A DNA stretch of 64,000 bases, taken from contig NC_086109.1 in assembly GCF_963921235.1 (NCBI RefSeq), forward strand, positions 37,140,001-37,204,000, given 5' to 3'. How positions within the stretch are numbered: position 1 is the stretch's first letter; every line of letters begins with the position of its first letter. The position numbers were made by a program, and so were the translations under genes. This document shows, piece after piece, positions 50,571-63,995 of the stretch. The notes beneath the pieces were generated by a model. It saw only the letters and a list, made by a program, of their open reading frames with translations. It searched no databases and had not been told where the DNA came from. Origin of the DNA: Mobula hypostoma. Taxonomy: Eukaryota.

Positions 50571-53500
50571 TCATCTAAAGTCTGCTCGCATTGGGGTTAT
50601 ATATTCAATCCATTTATTCCAGATTTGATAAAATGTTTCTTTTTGAGTTCTCAGGGAGTAGGTCAACTTTTCCATTTTAAATATTTCCAAGATAATTTCG
50701 TACCCATCTTCTAATGTAGGTGGTATTGGATTTAGCCATTTTCTAGTGATTGATTTCTTACTTGCCGCTAAGAGGGCCTGCAGCAACTTTATATCTTCCT
50801 TCTGTTCAAGGAACAATACATGCCCCAAATAGAGCGTCTCAAAGTTCAGAGGTATCTGGGACCTAAGTACCTTAACTAATGTTCTATGAATACCTTCCCA
50901 AAATAGACTTAATTTAGGGCAATCCCAGAAAATATGAAAATGATTTGCCTCCTTGGAGCCGCACCTTCTCCAACACATCACATTTGTATCTTTATATTTT
51001 TCCTGATATGGGGTCTTGAAGTATCTTATAATGTTTTTCTAAAAATGTTCTCTCCAAGTCAAAGAATTAGTCGAGGACCATTGAAAGCTGCAGATTTTCC
51101 CCCAAGCCTCCTCTGAAAGTACCAACCCCGCTTCTTTCTCCCACTTCTCTTTAATATACAGTGTATTTACATTTTTAGCATGGGAGAGTGCATTATATAG
51201 GCAAGAAACTGATTTACTAGGTATTGAACTGCAAGCCGAATTCAGAATCTTGAAAAATTCTAATTCTACTGTTGATAGGTCTGTATATCTACAACTCTGG
51301 TTAACATAGTTTCGTATTTGAAGGTACCTAAAAAAGTCATTATGTTCTAGGCCATGTTTGTCCTGCAGGATTTGGAAACTTTGTAATACTCTTTTATCTA
51401 TAACTGAGAGGTAGGTTGTAAGACCTTTCTTTATCCATAGCTCAAATCTTTTATCTCCTCTGTTGGGAAGGAATTCAGTATCATATGCACACCATCTAAA
51501 GAGTTTTAGCATGTTATTAATTCCACATGAATTAACCACCTTCTGCCATACTTTTAATGTAAGATTTATCAAAGCATTATTAAATTTTTCCAACTGGGCC
51601 ATCAATCCTTTGTCAGCTATTGAGGCCTGAAGAGGAAAACTGTCAACTAATCCAAATTCTATTTCCTTCCATCTAGCCTTATATTCCCTATTACACCAAT
51701 ATAACAGAGGGGTTATCTGTGAGGCATAAAAATAATTTCTCAGGCAAGGAAGAACCATACCTCCTCTTTCCTTCCCTAACTGTAAGGTGTTATATCGAAT
51801 TCTAGGTTTCCTTCCTTGCCAAATGAAGCGGGAAATCCATTTGTCCCATTCCCTGAATTGATTATCATCCACCTCCACTGGTAAAGTACGGAAAAGATAT
51901 AATAACCGAGGAAGAATATTCATTTTTATAGTATTTATCCTTGAATTTAAACTTAAAAAGGGGATAAGATTCCATCTATGCATATCTGCTTTTATCTCTG
52001 AGATTAATGGCCCATAATTTACCTGTGACAGTGTTGAAAGATCCTTCAGCAGGGTTATTCCTAAATATTTTAATGATTTAGCTTCCCACTTAAGATCGTA
52101 TGTATCCTGCAATTTTTTGGATGGTGTATAATTTAGGGACATAACCTGCGTTTTCTTTACATTTATTTTATAACCTGATATTTTCCCAAAGTCATCCAAC
52201 AGTGTAAACAATCCTATAAATGATTTTTCTGGTTCACTCAGATAGACCAAAACATCATCTGCGAATAACGCCACTTTCTGTTCAATCCCTGCCACCTTGA
52301 TACCTTTTACGATTTTGCTCTGTCTTATTAGTTGGGCAAGTGGTTCAATATATAGCGCAAAAAGGAGAGGAGAAATTGGGCATCCCTGTTTAGTGCCTCT
52401 CTCTAAAATGAAGGAGTCAGAGAGGTCCCTATTTATCTTAATTCGGGCTGTTGGGCTGTCATACAGAGTCTGAATTACTTTAATAAACCTTTCTTGAAAG
52501 CCGAATCTTCCTAACACTCTGTATAGGAATGCCCAACTAACCGAATCAAAAGCTTTCTCAGCATCCAATCCTACTACCATTGTCTCTGTCTCGTTCTTAT
52601 TAACCTGTTCTAATATGTGCTGAGTTCTCCTTATGTTGTCCTGTGTTTGTCTTTGTTGAATAAATCCAGTCTGGTCTAAATGGATTAGGCCAGGTAAAAG
52701 CTTTTCCAATCTGCGCGCTAATATAGATGTAAATAGTTTGTAATCTAAATTAAGAACACTAATTGGCCGATAATTGCCACATTCTAGTTTATCTTTACCC
52801 TCTTTAGGAATAACTGAAATAATCGCTTCTCTCCAGGAAGGTGGAGTTTCTCCTCTCTGCAAGATCCAATTAAAGGTGTTAAGTAGTAATGGGGCTAACT
52901 GTGTCTTCAGGGACTTGTACCACTCTGAGGTAAACCCATCAGAACCCGGGGACTTTCCAGCCTTTAACCTAGAGATGGCCACGTTCAGTTCTTTGACAGT
53001 TACTGGTTCTAATAAACTTTCATTTTGTAAATCTGTAAGTTTAGGTAGATCTAAAAAATTCAATACACTGTCTATATAGGGCTCATTGGGGGCCCGGGGT
53101 TGGGAGTACAGCTCTCAATAATACATTTCAAAACTCTCTTGAATTTTCCCTATTGTACTCTCCACAAGCTTTGTCTTTGGATTCTTTATTTTATGAATTC
53201 TATTGTCTGCTTGTTGTTTTCGTAATTTATATGCTAATAATCTAGCTGATTTACCTCCTACTTCATAATTCTTTTGTCTCAGGTAAAGAAAATTTCTTTG
53301 AGTTTCCAACATATAAATATCATCAATTTCACTTTGCAATTTCCTAATTTCCTGTTTTCGATTTGAATTACTTTTGTTGCTATCCCCAACTTGAAGTTGT
53401 TTTAATTTTCCTTGAAGGTCTGCTAATTTTTGTGCATTGATTTTTTTCATGTGAGTAGTAATGGAAATAATTTTCCCTCTCAGTACAGCTTTCAATGTAT

Positions 53501-54359
53501 CCCATAAAATCACTGGTGATGTTTCTCCCGTGTCATTAAGGTCTAGATATTCTTTGATTTCTCCCCTTAATCTCTCCATTACTTTTGGGTTATTAAGTAT
53601 ATGTGAGTTTAGCCTCCATAGTGTTTTCCTCATTTTCCTTTCCAGGATTAGAGACATAGAGACTGGGCTATGATCCGACAGATCAATTGTTGCAATATTA
53701 CAGTTTTTTATCCTGAGTCTATCTGTATTAAAGATAAAGAAATAGTCTATCCTTGAATAGGCTGAATGAGGGAAAGAGTAATATGTATAATCTTTACTAG
53801 TAGGGTGTAATTCCCTCCAGACATCTATAATTCCCAACTCCTCCATCAATGAATTCACTTTCCGAGTCAGAGGTTTATTCTGAGTAACTATTCTTGAAGA
53901 ATCTAATATAGGATTTAATCTAATATTAAAATCCCCTCCACAAATTACTACCCCTCGAGAACTGACCATTAGGTCAAAAATGTGTCTATAAAATGACCAT
54001 TCACTACCTGGAGGAGCATAAACATTCAGCAATGTTATTTCTGTACCTTCTATTCTTCCTGTGATTTTTACAAACCGTCCTTCTTTGTCTCTAGTCTCTG
54101 AAATATGTTCATAATTAAGAGTACTTGATATTAAAGTAGCTACCCCTCTTTTGTGACTCAATTTATATGATGAATAAAATACATGCTTAAAGCCCATTCT
54201 TTTTAATTTTCCATGTTCAGATTGGCTCATATGTGTTTCCTGGAGGAAAGCTATTTGTGCCCTCTCTTTTTTCAATTTAGACATAATCTTATTTCTTTTA
54301 ATTGGATTCAAAACCCCATTAACATTATAGGAAATTATTTTTACCAATTCAGTTTGCAT
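50571..54359 (-). pseudogene. L1 ORF2 (APE, RT, CCHC), 1263 codons with two in-frame stops
   Basis: SYNVNG, FLQETH, GGDFN, SRIDY, SDH; LDAEKAFD, QGCPISP, FADD; CWRRC..HIFWDC; the three ORF pieces share one frame, with stops at 53115 and 51039. Confidence 0.95.
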
Positions 54360-54721
54360 TTTTCTCTAGTAGAAAAAAAGCACTCTCCTTTTCTAACCAA
54401 ACAGTAAGCAATCCCTTCTCAACAGTAAACCAAGACATATAACCACACCCTAGACATTTCTGAACGTATAACATTTGAAAATTTTCCCCGACTTCCCACA
54501 GTGAGGCCTGAGCACCGACCCGCCTCAGTTCAGAGGGATAACCTCTATCTTCACCCTGTGTTAGAGGGCCCTCAGCAGTTCGAATAATCATAGAGAATTT
54601 TCTCCTATTTATGTCTCGACCATATTGCTATCATTCAAGTTATTCCGCCTAGATTATTTTCAGTTACCAGTTTTCATTTTACTTTTAAGTCCGATTTACT
54701 CTTTTCAGTCATTTCTCTTAA

Positions 54722-55708
54722 TTAATCTGTATTCTCTGTACATTCGCGTCTGAATATTTGCAGCTTTTCCTTGTAGTTTGACACTCTGGTTCGAGTGGAG
54801 CGTCCTCGCCCCACTAACTGCCACGACTTCTGCCGAATCCTCTCCAGTAGCGACTCCGGTTGGGTGATAACTTTAATAGGTAGTCCCCGGTCCGCCAGGT
54901 CCGACGTTGCCTCCTCCACCGTAGCGTAAGTTTTTGTCCCTTCGTCGTAAAAGACTCTCAGCCGAGCTGGATACAGGGTCTGGAATCTGATGTTGTTTTC
55001 CTTCAGGACTCTCCGTGTTTCCGTATATTCCTTCTGTCTGGCAAGAATCCCCGGTGCGTAGTCGTGGTCTAAACTGATTTTACAGTTGTTCCACATGAAA
55101 CCTTTCTTTTGCCATGCTCTTTTAAGCACCTCTTCCTTCGCTCTGTAACTGAGAAATCTGATCAGAATCGATCTGGGCTGGGCGCCTGCCGGGGGCTGTG
55201 GTGCCAACGCGCGGTGAGCCCTTTCTATCTGTAGGTCTTTTGCAGCCGGTATATCAAGGTTCTCTCTAAGCAGCTTCTCCACGAAGGGACTCATCAATCC
55301 GGGTTTACCTTCGGTTCCTTCGGGAACTCCGTAGATCCTCACATTTTCCCTTCTCGAGCGGCCTTCTTGATCTATTAGTTTCTACTGGAGTTGGTCTTGT
55401 AGCTTCAGCATTTCTGCTATCACTTCCTCGGCATTTTGTAGCTTCTCTTCAATTCCAACAATCCTCGCTTCAGCTTCATCTATCCGCGAGTTAGTTTTTA
55501 CTATTTCTCCTTTCATATCTTCCAGCTGTTTGCTGTTATCTTGTCGGAACTCGCGAATCTCTCCGAGAATCAAAGACAGAGTCACCGATTCCCCCTCGTT
55601 ATCTCCGTCCTGGCTTGCCGTGGGAGAGCTAGGCCCTTCGCCTTGCTGCATCTCTTTATGTTTATCAGCCTTCGAAGCGGATTTTTTATTCTTGTTCTTA
55701 GACATCAT
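54722..55708 (-). pseudogene. L1 ORF1 (coiled coil, RRM, CTD), 329 codons with one in-frame stop
   Basis: RSRRENVRIYGVPEG, IERAHR, PRSILIRF, YPARLRV; TAG at 55382-55384. Confidence 0.93.
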
Positions 55709-56269
55709 CCTTGCCCCTTTTATTAATATAGTTATGCAATATTAAGTATTTGTCTAAATTCGATTTTGGGGCAGTTTACCTTCTTTTTGGTCGAGAGACC
55801 TTTTCCTTACGCCGCCATTCCCTTGATGACCCGGAAGTCCTCCCCAGGTTCCATAATTTCAAGTTGAACTGCAAGTGAGGCAGAGAATGACACCAAAAAG
55901 AGTGTGTGGTGAAAATGAGGGTTGTCTGTGGTTACAGTGTGGTGGGGACCAGCTGGGAAAGTGCGCCAAGGAATGGGATATGAAACTTAACTGGACAAGT
56001 GCGATTTTGGGAAACTGAACCAGAGTGGAATATACAGAGTGAATGACTGGGCCTAGGGAGAGTAACAGAACAGAGGGAGCAAGTGGGAGAAGTACAGAGT
56101 TCCACGAAAGAGACGACACAGGTATACAGGGTAGTAAAAAATACTTGGACAGATTTTCATGATGTGCAAATCTGTGATTCTTGGTGATAATGGTTCAGTC
56201 ATTGTCTAGTTGTAAGCTTGCGAATTTACTTTCTCTTTCTTCTCCCAGACCAACAAGAATGTTACAGCA

Positions 56270-56870
56270 TTGAGAAGCTTTTCAAAACCAACAGAAGGCA
56301 ACTAAAAAAAGACATAAAGATGGAATATGAAGCTAGCCAATAATATTAAAGAGAATAAGAAAAGTTTCTTCAGATATGTAAGTAAAAGTGAGAGTAGATA
56401 TTGGACCGCTGGAATATGATGCTGGAGAAGTAGTAATAGTGAAGAAGGAAATGGTAGACGAACTGAATAAGTATTTTGCATCTGCCTTCACCATGGAAGA
56501 CACTAGCAGAATGCTGGAAGTTCATGTGTGTCGGGGGCTAAAGTGAGTGAAGTTACCATTACTAAGGAGAAGGAATCTGAAAGATCTGAAGGTAGATAGA
56601 TCACCTGGACCAAATGGTATACACACTAGAGTTCTGAAACTGGTGGCTGAAGAGATTGTGGAGGCAAGAATAATGATCTTTCAATAATCCATGGTTACTG
56701 AGTACTAGAAAATTGCAAATTTCACTCCATTCTTCAAGAAGGGAGAGTTAGATGAAAGGAAATTATGTCAGTTAGTCTGACCTGAGTAGTTAGGAAGGCA
56801 TTACAGTCAACTGTTAAGGACGTAGTTTCGGGGTACTTGGAGGCAAATGATAAAATAGGCCTCAGCAAGT
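56270..56870 (+). mobile_element. CR1 ORF2 internal fragment ending at the LTR element
   Basis: KEMVDELNKYFAS, RSPGPNGI, FKKG; homologous to 15940-16560. Confidence 0.8.
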
Positions 56871-56879
56871 AAGAGCATC

Positions 56880-57484
56880 TGTGTTTCAGGGAATGGTTTC
56901 ACTGCTAATGTAATGGTCTTTCTGTAGAAGCAGTGTTGGGGTTATGGTTAGAGCTTATGAGTGCTTTGGACTGTGAGCCAGCCAGTGAGGGCAGAGTGTT
57001 TTTCTGTTGTGTCCCTAACAGTGGTGTGAGCTGGGTCCTTTTTCTGGAGGGAGGTGAAGAAGATGCTGGGGAGAACCGGTTGTAGGATACACCCTGGTGG
57101 GAGACCTGTTTGTTCGAGATGGATTGCGAGTGACGTTTGGAAGGCAGTGTGGGCTTTCATGCAGACCGAGGGCCAGCAGGTGAGTGACAGAGAAGTTCAA
57201 GATGAGCTCCAAGTAGTGCACATTTGACTACTTAATTATAATGGGCCCTCTTTTCCTTTTCTTTATGAACCCTTCAGTTAAGTAAGATTCATAAATATTC
57301 CTTTAATCGTATGCAATGTACTGTCTGTTGTTTCTTGGCACTGAGCTGAAACAGGGTTGCAAATTACACAGCATCCACACAGACTGGGATTTGGGATGGG
57401 AGAACCGTCTCATTCTCACAGGTTTGGCAGGACTGGAGTTTGTATTCCCAAGACTTACACAGCCAAGGAAACTAGGTAGTTTCA
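56880..57484 (+). repeat. 5' LTR (left boundary uncertain)
   Basis: Homologous to 63408-63995; ends in GTTTCA. Confidence 0.85.
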
Positions 57485-57487
57485 TTG

Positions 57488-57506
57488 TGGGGGTATCATC
57501 CGGGAT
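57488..57506 (+). promoter_or_regulatory. Primer-binding site, tRNA-Pro-like (degenerate)
   Basis: TGGGGGTATCATCCGGGAT compared with the canonical TGGGGGCTCGTCCGGGAT, 3 nt after the LTR. Confidence 0.7.
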
Positions 57507-58103
57507 CGATTTTGGTGGATGCTGTGTGATTGCCCTGAGCATTGATCCAGTGGGTTGTGTGCTTAAGCCTGTGTTAAGCTATTGTCCGTTAAAGTGATTA
57601 CGATACGTGGTTATGGACTCTGCAGGGGCTGAGTGGTGGTGCAAATTCATGGGGTTACCGGTAATGAATGTGTGTGTATTGAGTTCGGTAGACATACATA
57701 GCTCCAATAAGTTGTTAATTCAGACCTTAAGTACTGTTAAAGCATTAGGAACAGTTACAATCATGGAAGAGAGACTTGACAAAATGGTGGGCAAAGACTT
57801 TGTTTTAGTTCAGACTAGCGCTGACGTAACAGCAGTGGATCTGCCCGGTACTATTGAGATCCTGGGAGGGGGGTCCATGGAATGTCCATACTTTCTGGGA
57901 GGAGGGGACTGTAGACGGGGGTATCGAATCTGAAGCCAAGTTTCCCGTAGCTGGAGTTTTCAGAGGCAGGTGTGGGGATAGCTGAGGTCCTTGATACATT
58001 AGTGCTGGTTTGCCCGGACCCGGTCAAGAAGGACGAAGCTTCAATTCTCGTGGGGACAAATACTCCTATTGTGAGGAGGTTACTGGGAGCCTGCAAGGAG
58101 AAA

Positions 58104-58204
58104 ATTAGATTAGATTTGGATTAGATTAGATTATGAGGACACACAGTCCTCTTTTATTGTCATTTAATAATGCATGCATTAAGAAATGATACAATATTCC
58201 TCCG
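58104..58204 (-). mobile_element. 3' stub of the (TAATC)n-tailed element
   Basis: Matches 61481-61570. Confidence 0.85.
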
Positions 58205-58736
58205 GTTGGACAGAGCTTTTGGAAAACATTGTCCATTCACCCTGTGTTCTGAGTTGCTTTTGAGGAAGTGTGTTATTCTCACTTGCTGGGGTACTGGTGA
58301 GGCCTGAAGCCCTCGGTTGTACAGATGAACAGGATGACAGTGAGTGTCAGGAACACTTCGGAGCAGGAGATCACCCTCAGGCAGGGATGTCGTCAATGGG
58401 GTTCCTCTTTCCAGTGATGGTAATGTCTAGTGTCCCTGTGAGACAAGCCGTGGAGAAACTCTCTCCAAAAAGAGGAAAGATGACTGCCGAGTCATTCAAC
58501 TTTAGGGACTTCCCGGTACCTGGAGGCTGGAAGAGGAGATTGATAGAGAAGATATTGAAGTTGGAAGATGCCTATTCTACTGATGAGTTTGTTGTGGATT
58601 GTTCCAAGAGCACTCACCACACCATCCGAGTGACAGAGGACACCCCGTTCAGAGAAAGGTCACAGCAACTGAGGCTTGCAGAGGTGGAGGACGTTTGGCA
58701 GTATCTACAAAGTTGAAAAAGCTGAGTCCAGAAGCC

Positions 58737-59424
58737 TCTGGGGGGGGGGGGGGTGCGACGGCAGCGTGCGTGGCCACTTCGGTGATGAATATCCTTTATT
58801 TGTCAAGTAGGGGACCGTGCACAATCCTGATTTGATGGAGACAGACATGAGAGCGCAGCGGAACATCTGGAAAACATCTGAAATGTCTGCTTTGCTACCG
58901 CTGCCACTGTGTGGTAAGCGGAATCTCCGAAGCTGAAGGTCCTGAAATCCTCGGCTCTGAGTGTTTCAGCGGCCAGGGAGAGGTCGAAGGCGCTCAGCAG
59001 AGGATGGCGCTTGGGATGCTGTATCAGAGAGGCTGCTTGGAAGCTCGGAGTTTTCGGACGGATAGACTCAGGGTCGGCTGGGGTCGGCTGCTTCCAAGGT
59101 ATCGGCAAGTTGACGGTGCCTGGAGGTTTATGGCAGGGAGTTTCTCCCTTTTGCTGCCTGCTATCGGGGACTCGGGAGTCGATCGACTTGGGACTTTGAG
59201 ACTTTATTTTACTGTGCCTTTGGTCTGTTCTTTATCAAATTATGGTATTGTTTTGCACTGCTGTAACTATATGTTATAACTAAGTGGTTCCATCAGTGTT
59301 AGTCTTTGATCTGTCTTGTTTTCTGTGACATTACTCCGGAGAAACATTGTATCATTTCTTAATGCATGTATGCATTTCTAAATGACAATAAAAGAGGACT
59401 GAGTGTCCTCATAATCTAATCTAA
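58737..59424 (+). mobile_element. Non-autonomous (TAATC)n-tailed retroelement inside the Gypsy RT
   Basis: Splits ESRS|PYVSP; inverted homologue of 61481-62168. Confidence 0.85.
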
Positions 59425-61480
59425 CCTATGTGTCTCCAATAATGGTGGCCGGGAAGTAGAATGGGAAGGTACGGATGTATGTGGACTATCGGACTCTGAA
59501 CAGGGGCACCATCCCTGACCAGTATACAGTCCTGAGAATCGAGGATGTGCTGGCCTGTCTGAGTGGTGCTAAGTGGTTCAGTGTGCTGGACTTGAGTGGG
59601 TATTATCAGAGCCTATAAGTGAGGCTGACAAAGAGAAGAAGGCATTCATTTGTCCACTGGGATTCTTCCAGTTTGAAAGGATGCCCTAGGGCATATCAGG
59701 AGCCCCAGCGATTCGCCAGCATGTCATAGAAAATGGTGCAGGACATGAACTTGCTTGAGGTGTTGGTGTACCTGGATGATCTCATAGTGTTTGGGTCCAC
59801 TTTGAAGGAACATGAGACAAGGCTACTGAAGGTGCTGGGCAGCCTGAAAACTGAAAGGTTAACACTTTCCCTGGACAAGTGCCAGTTCGGCAAGACATCC
59901 ATCAACTATGTTGGGTACATAGTCTCATGGGATGGAGGAGCTACAAATCTCTCTAAGATAAAGGCGGCGACCCCATGGCCGAGGCCCCAGACTGTGAGCA
60001 CCCTGCGAACATTCCTTGGATTCTGTGGGTATCATCGGAGGTTCATGAAGGAGGACTCTAAAAAGAGTCACCCTTTAAATCAGCTTCTGTGCAGTTACCC
60101 TCCCTTGGGGAAGAAAGGGAAGAGAACAAAAAAAGAGGATGGTAAAGATGATCTTAGCCCTTGGGAGCCTTTTGGAGTGAGATGGGATGCAAAATGAGAA
60201 GAGTTATTTCAGTTGCTGAAGGAACTGCTGATGAATGTGCCTGTGCTGGCTTTTGCAGACCTCCGATTGCCGTATGTATTGCATAAAGGTGCCAGCAGAC
60301 AGGGCTTAGGAGGTGGTCTGTCTCAGGATCAGGGCACAGGGCTGAGACCTGTTGTGTTTATCAGCCGGAGTCTGTCACCCCCTGAGTGAAACTATCCCAC
60401 ACACAAGTTGGAGTTCCTAACATTGAATTAGGCTGTGATGGAGAAGTTGAGTGACTATCTACATGGTGCCAAGTTTGAAGTGAGGACAGACAACAACCCA
60501 TTAACTTGTATCCTGACCTTGGCGAAATTGGATGACACAGGCCATCAGTGGTTGGCGGCATTGTCTGCCTATTATTTCAGCCTGAAGTACCGGCCTGGGA
60601 GTTGGAACATTGTTGCCGATGCACATGAAGGGCTGGAAGGGACGGAGAGTGGGAGAACGTCACAGTCCCCGGAGTGAAATCCATGTGCCAGTTTTCCATC
60701 ACAAGGAAGGCAGAGGAAAGGCAAGGCCAGAATCGAGCGGTCGATCACCTGGGAGCTTCCAATGGGCCATTCCACAGGCTTACTGCAAGCTGACTGCTCT
60801 GAAGACAAAGCAGTTGCCAGAATTGAGTCCTGGGGAGGTGGCAGCTGCTCAACAGGATGACCCGGGCATCGGTACCAGTTGGTCAGAGGTTACAGGAGGG
60901 GCATGGCCCAAGTGGACAAGATGAAACACCCTGTAGTATCTCTACTACTGAGAGAAAAGCCCAAATTGGGGTTGAGGAACCAGATTCTATACCAGGTCTT
61001 GTCACCTCCAGAGAGACCTCCACATTCCCAGCAGGTTCTGCCTGAGAAGTATCGGAGGATTGTGTTGAATTCACTGCATGATGGTTCCTGTCGTTTGGGG
61101 TTTGACAAGACCTATCGATTGCTCCGAGATCAGTTCTACTGGCCCCGAATGAAGGTGAGAGGTGGAAGAGTATTGCAAGGTGTGCATTTGATGTATATGG
61201 AGGGAGACGATGCCTACGAGGGCTGCTCCTTTGTCCCATTGGCAGAGTGCAAGGCCACTTGACCTGGTGAGTATGGATTTCCTATCAATTGAGCCAGATG
61301 CCAGCAACATGGTCATTACAGATCACTACACCAGATATGCACAGGGGCTCCCTACCAAGGACTAGAGGGTATCCACTATGGCCAAAGTGCTATGGGAGAA
61401 TTATTTCATTTATTATGGCCTCACCAGGTGGATACATAGTGATCTGGGATGAAATTTCGAGAGTAGGCTCATACACGAGT

Positions 61481-62168
61481 TAGATTAGATTAGATTATGA
61501 GGACACGTAGTCCTCTTTTATTGTCATTTAGTAATACATGCATTAAAAAATGATACAATGTTCCTCCAGTATGATATCACAGAAACACAAGACAAACCAA
61601 GACTAAAAAACTGACAAAAACCACATAATTATAACATATAGTTACAACAGTGCAAAGCAATACCATAATTTGATAAAGAACAGACCATGGGCACGATAAA
61701 AAAAGTCTCAAAGTCTCTCAAAAGTCCCTTCATCTCACGTAGATGGTAGAAGGATGAAAAATTGTCCCTGCCATGAACCTCCAGCGCCACAAACTTGCCG
61801 GTGCAGCACCCTGGAAGCACCCGACCACAGCCGACTCTTGAGTCCGTCTGAAAACTTCGAGCCTCCGACCAGCTCTCCGACACCGAGCACCGAGCACCAT
61901 CTCTGCTGAGCGCTTCGACCCCGGCCCTGGCAACAGACAATAGGCAAAGCCGAGGATTTGGAGCCTTCCCCTCCGGATATTCTCGATCGCACAGTAGCAG
62001 CGGCAGCGAAGCAGGCATTTCAGAAGTTTCTCCAGATGTTCCTCTGTGCTTCTTCACGTCTGTCTCCATCAAAGCAGGATTGTGCACGGCCCCTACTTAA
62101 CAAATACCAATATCATTTCGGAGCAGCCGCGCGCACTGCATCGCGCCACCATCTTCTTCTCCCCTACC
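61481..62168 (-). mobile_element. Non-autonomous (TAATC)n-tailed retroelement inside the Gypsy integrase
   Basis: Splits LIHE|LLSMLG; YY1-like AAGATGGTGGCG at its 5' end. Confidence 0.85.
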
Positions 62169-63407
62169 TACTGAGTATGCTTGGAGTTGAGAAGTTGAGG
62201 CTACACCTTATCACCCGCAGGGTGATCCCCAGCCCGAGAGGTTCAATTAGACCTGGCTAGACATGCTCAGAATCTTGAAGAGCTGTAAAAAGAACAAGTG
62301 GAGTTAACATCTGGTCCACTGCTACAACCATGCACTCAGTGAAGCTACTGGGTACTTGCGTATCATCTGATGTTTGGGCACAAAGCGAGGTTGCCCATTG
62401 ACCTCTGTTTTGGGACTAGTGAGGAAGAAATCCAACAGAAGGCTCATCTGAAGTATGTGCCTGATATGAGAAGGGAGCTGCAAAAGGCTTATAAACTAGT
62501 TGAGTTCTCAGCTACGAAGCAGATTCAAGGAAATAAGAGGGTGTATGAGCAAAAGGTTAGGTTCTCCCATCTAACGCCTGGAGACTGAGTCCTCATAAAG
62601 AATTTGGGGCTACCTGGGAAGCATAAGTTGGCTGACCACTGGTTGGCCTCGCCCTATGTAGTGGAGAGTCCGATGCCAAAGGTACCAGTTTTCCTAGTGA
62701 GACCAGAGGATGGAAATGGATCTGTCAAGATTCCCCATCGGAACCGCCTTCTACCTCTGGGACAAGAAGTACGTGTTGACCCAGAGCCTGACCTGGAGTC
62801 TACACCTAGTAAGAGGAGTCTGTGACGACGTGAGGGAACCGAAGGACCAGCAACCGGAAGGATTAGACTGGACCCCACCCCTGAATATGATACAGGCTCG
62901 GAGGATGAGGAAATGGGTGTCTGGTATATGCTGTCCTTTGCATGCTCCCCAATAATTGATGAAGAGATTCCCAACCCTACTCATGCTGTGGTGGGTGAAA
63001 TCAGAGGAACTAGCAGTGGACAGGCAGGGTTGGGGTTAGGAAATAACGGGAAGCTGGACTGTAAAGTAACTGGGCGCAAGGGTGAGCTCAGTCAAATGAT
63101 GAGGGGCTCTGAGTTGTCGGGGGGCACGAGTAATGGGCAGGGAGGGGCCTCCCCAGATAGACAGGAAAGAGCCCAGAGAGGGCCTGAAGCCAAAGAAGTA
63201 GATGATGGGGTAAGGAGGTCCCAAAGAGTCAGGAGACCCCCAGACAAAGTGGCCTATGTCGCACTCGGGGAACAGAGTGTGGCACCTATCTCCTTGGTGA
63301 ACTATGTCACTGCCATTTACACCTGGGTAGGACTTTGTGCTTTGTACGAAGTGGTGACAAATTATCTCAACGTCATGGGGACATGACTAATTTTGGTGGG
63401 GGGAGAG

Positions 63408-63995
63408 TGTAACACCCTGGGAAAGGTTTCACTGCTAATGTAATTGTCTTTCTGTAGAAGCAGTGTTTGGGTTATAGTTAGAGAATGTGAGCTGTCCAAT
63501 GAGGGGAGTGTGTCTTTGTGTTGTTTGCCTGACACCGGTGTGAGTTGGGTTCTTTAGTGCAGCAGGAAATAGAGAAGACGCTGGGGAGAACCGGTCGTAG
63601 GAAATGACCCGGTGGGAGACCCGTCTGTTCGAGATAGATTGCGAGTGACATTCGGAAGGTGGTGGTGCGTAGACCGAGGGCTCAGCATGAGAGTGACAGA
63701 GAAGTTCAAGATGAGCTCCAACTTGGCTGTTTAATTATAATGGAACCTTTTTGTTTTTTTCTTTCTTTTCTTTACTAACCCTTTAGTTAAGTAAGATTCC
63801 TAAATATAATTCCTTTAATTGTATGCAGTGTGCTGTCTGTTATTTCTTGGCACGAAGTTGCAACGGGGTCGCAAATTACACAGCATCCACTCAAACCGGG
63901 GTTTCAGTGGGAGAGCCATCCCAATCACACAGGTTTGGCAGGACCAGAGTGTGTTTCTCCTAGACTTACACAGCCAAGGAAACCAGGTGGTTTCA
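63408..63995 (+). repeat. 3' LTR preceded by a polypurine tract
   Basis: GGTGGGGGGAGAG followed by TGTAAC...TTTCA. Confidence 0.9.

Larger units (their letters stand above)
50038..55845 (-). mobile_element. Full-length L1-clade LINE
   Basis: 15-bp TSD AGGTTCCATAATTTC at 50023-50037 and 55846-55860; poly(A) tail; G-rich 5' end with ACTTCCGG and AATGGCGGC motifs; two ORFs. Confidence 0.95.
56880..63995 (+). mobile_element. Decayed Ty3/Gypsy LTR retrotransposon
   Basis: Two LTRs, PBS and PPT; VDYRTLN, YLDDLIVF, FLGFCG, VRTDNNPL, FYWPRM, DHYTRYAQ, HSDLG; domain order RT-RNase H-integrase. Confidence 0.93.

Noticed and set aside
62913..63386. 157-codon ORF before the 3' LTR as a possible env gene
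   Set aside because: It looks like the low-complexity integrase tail (RRSQRVRRPP), with no signal peptide or env motifs
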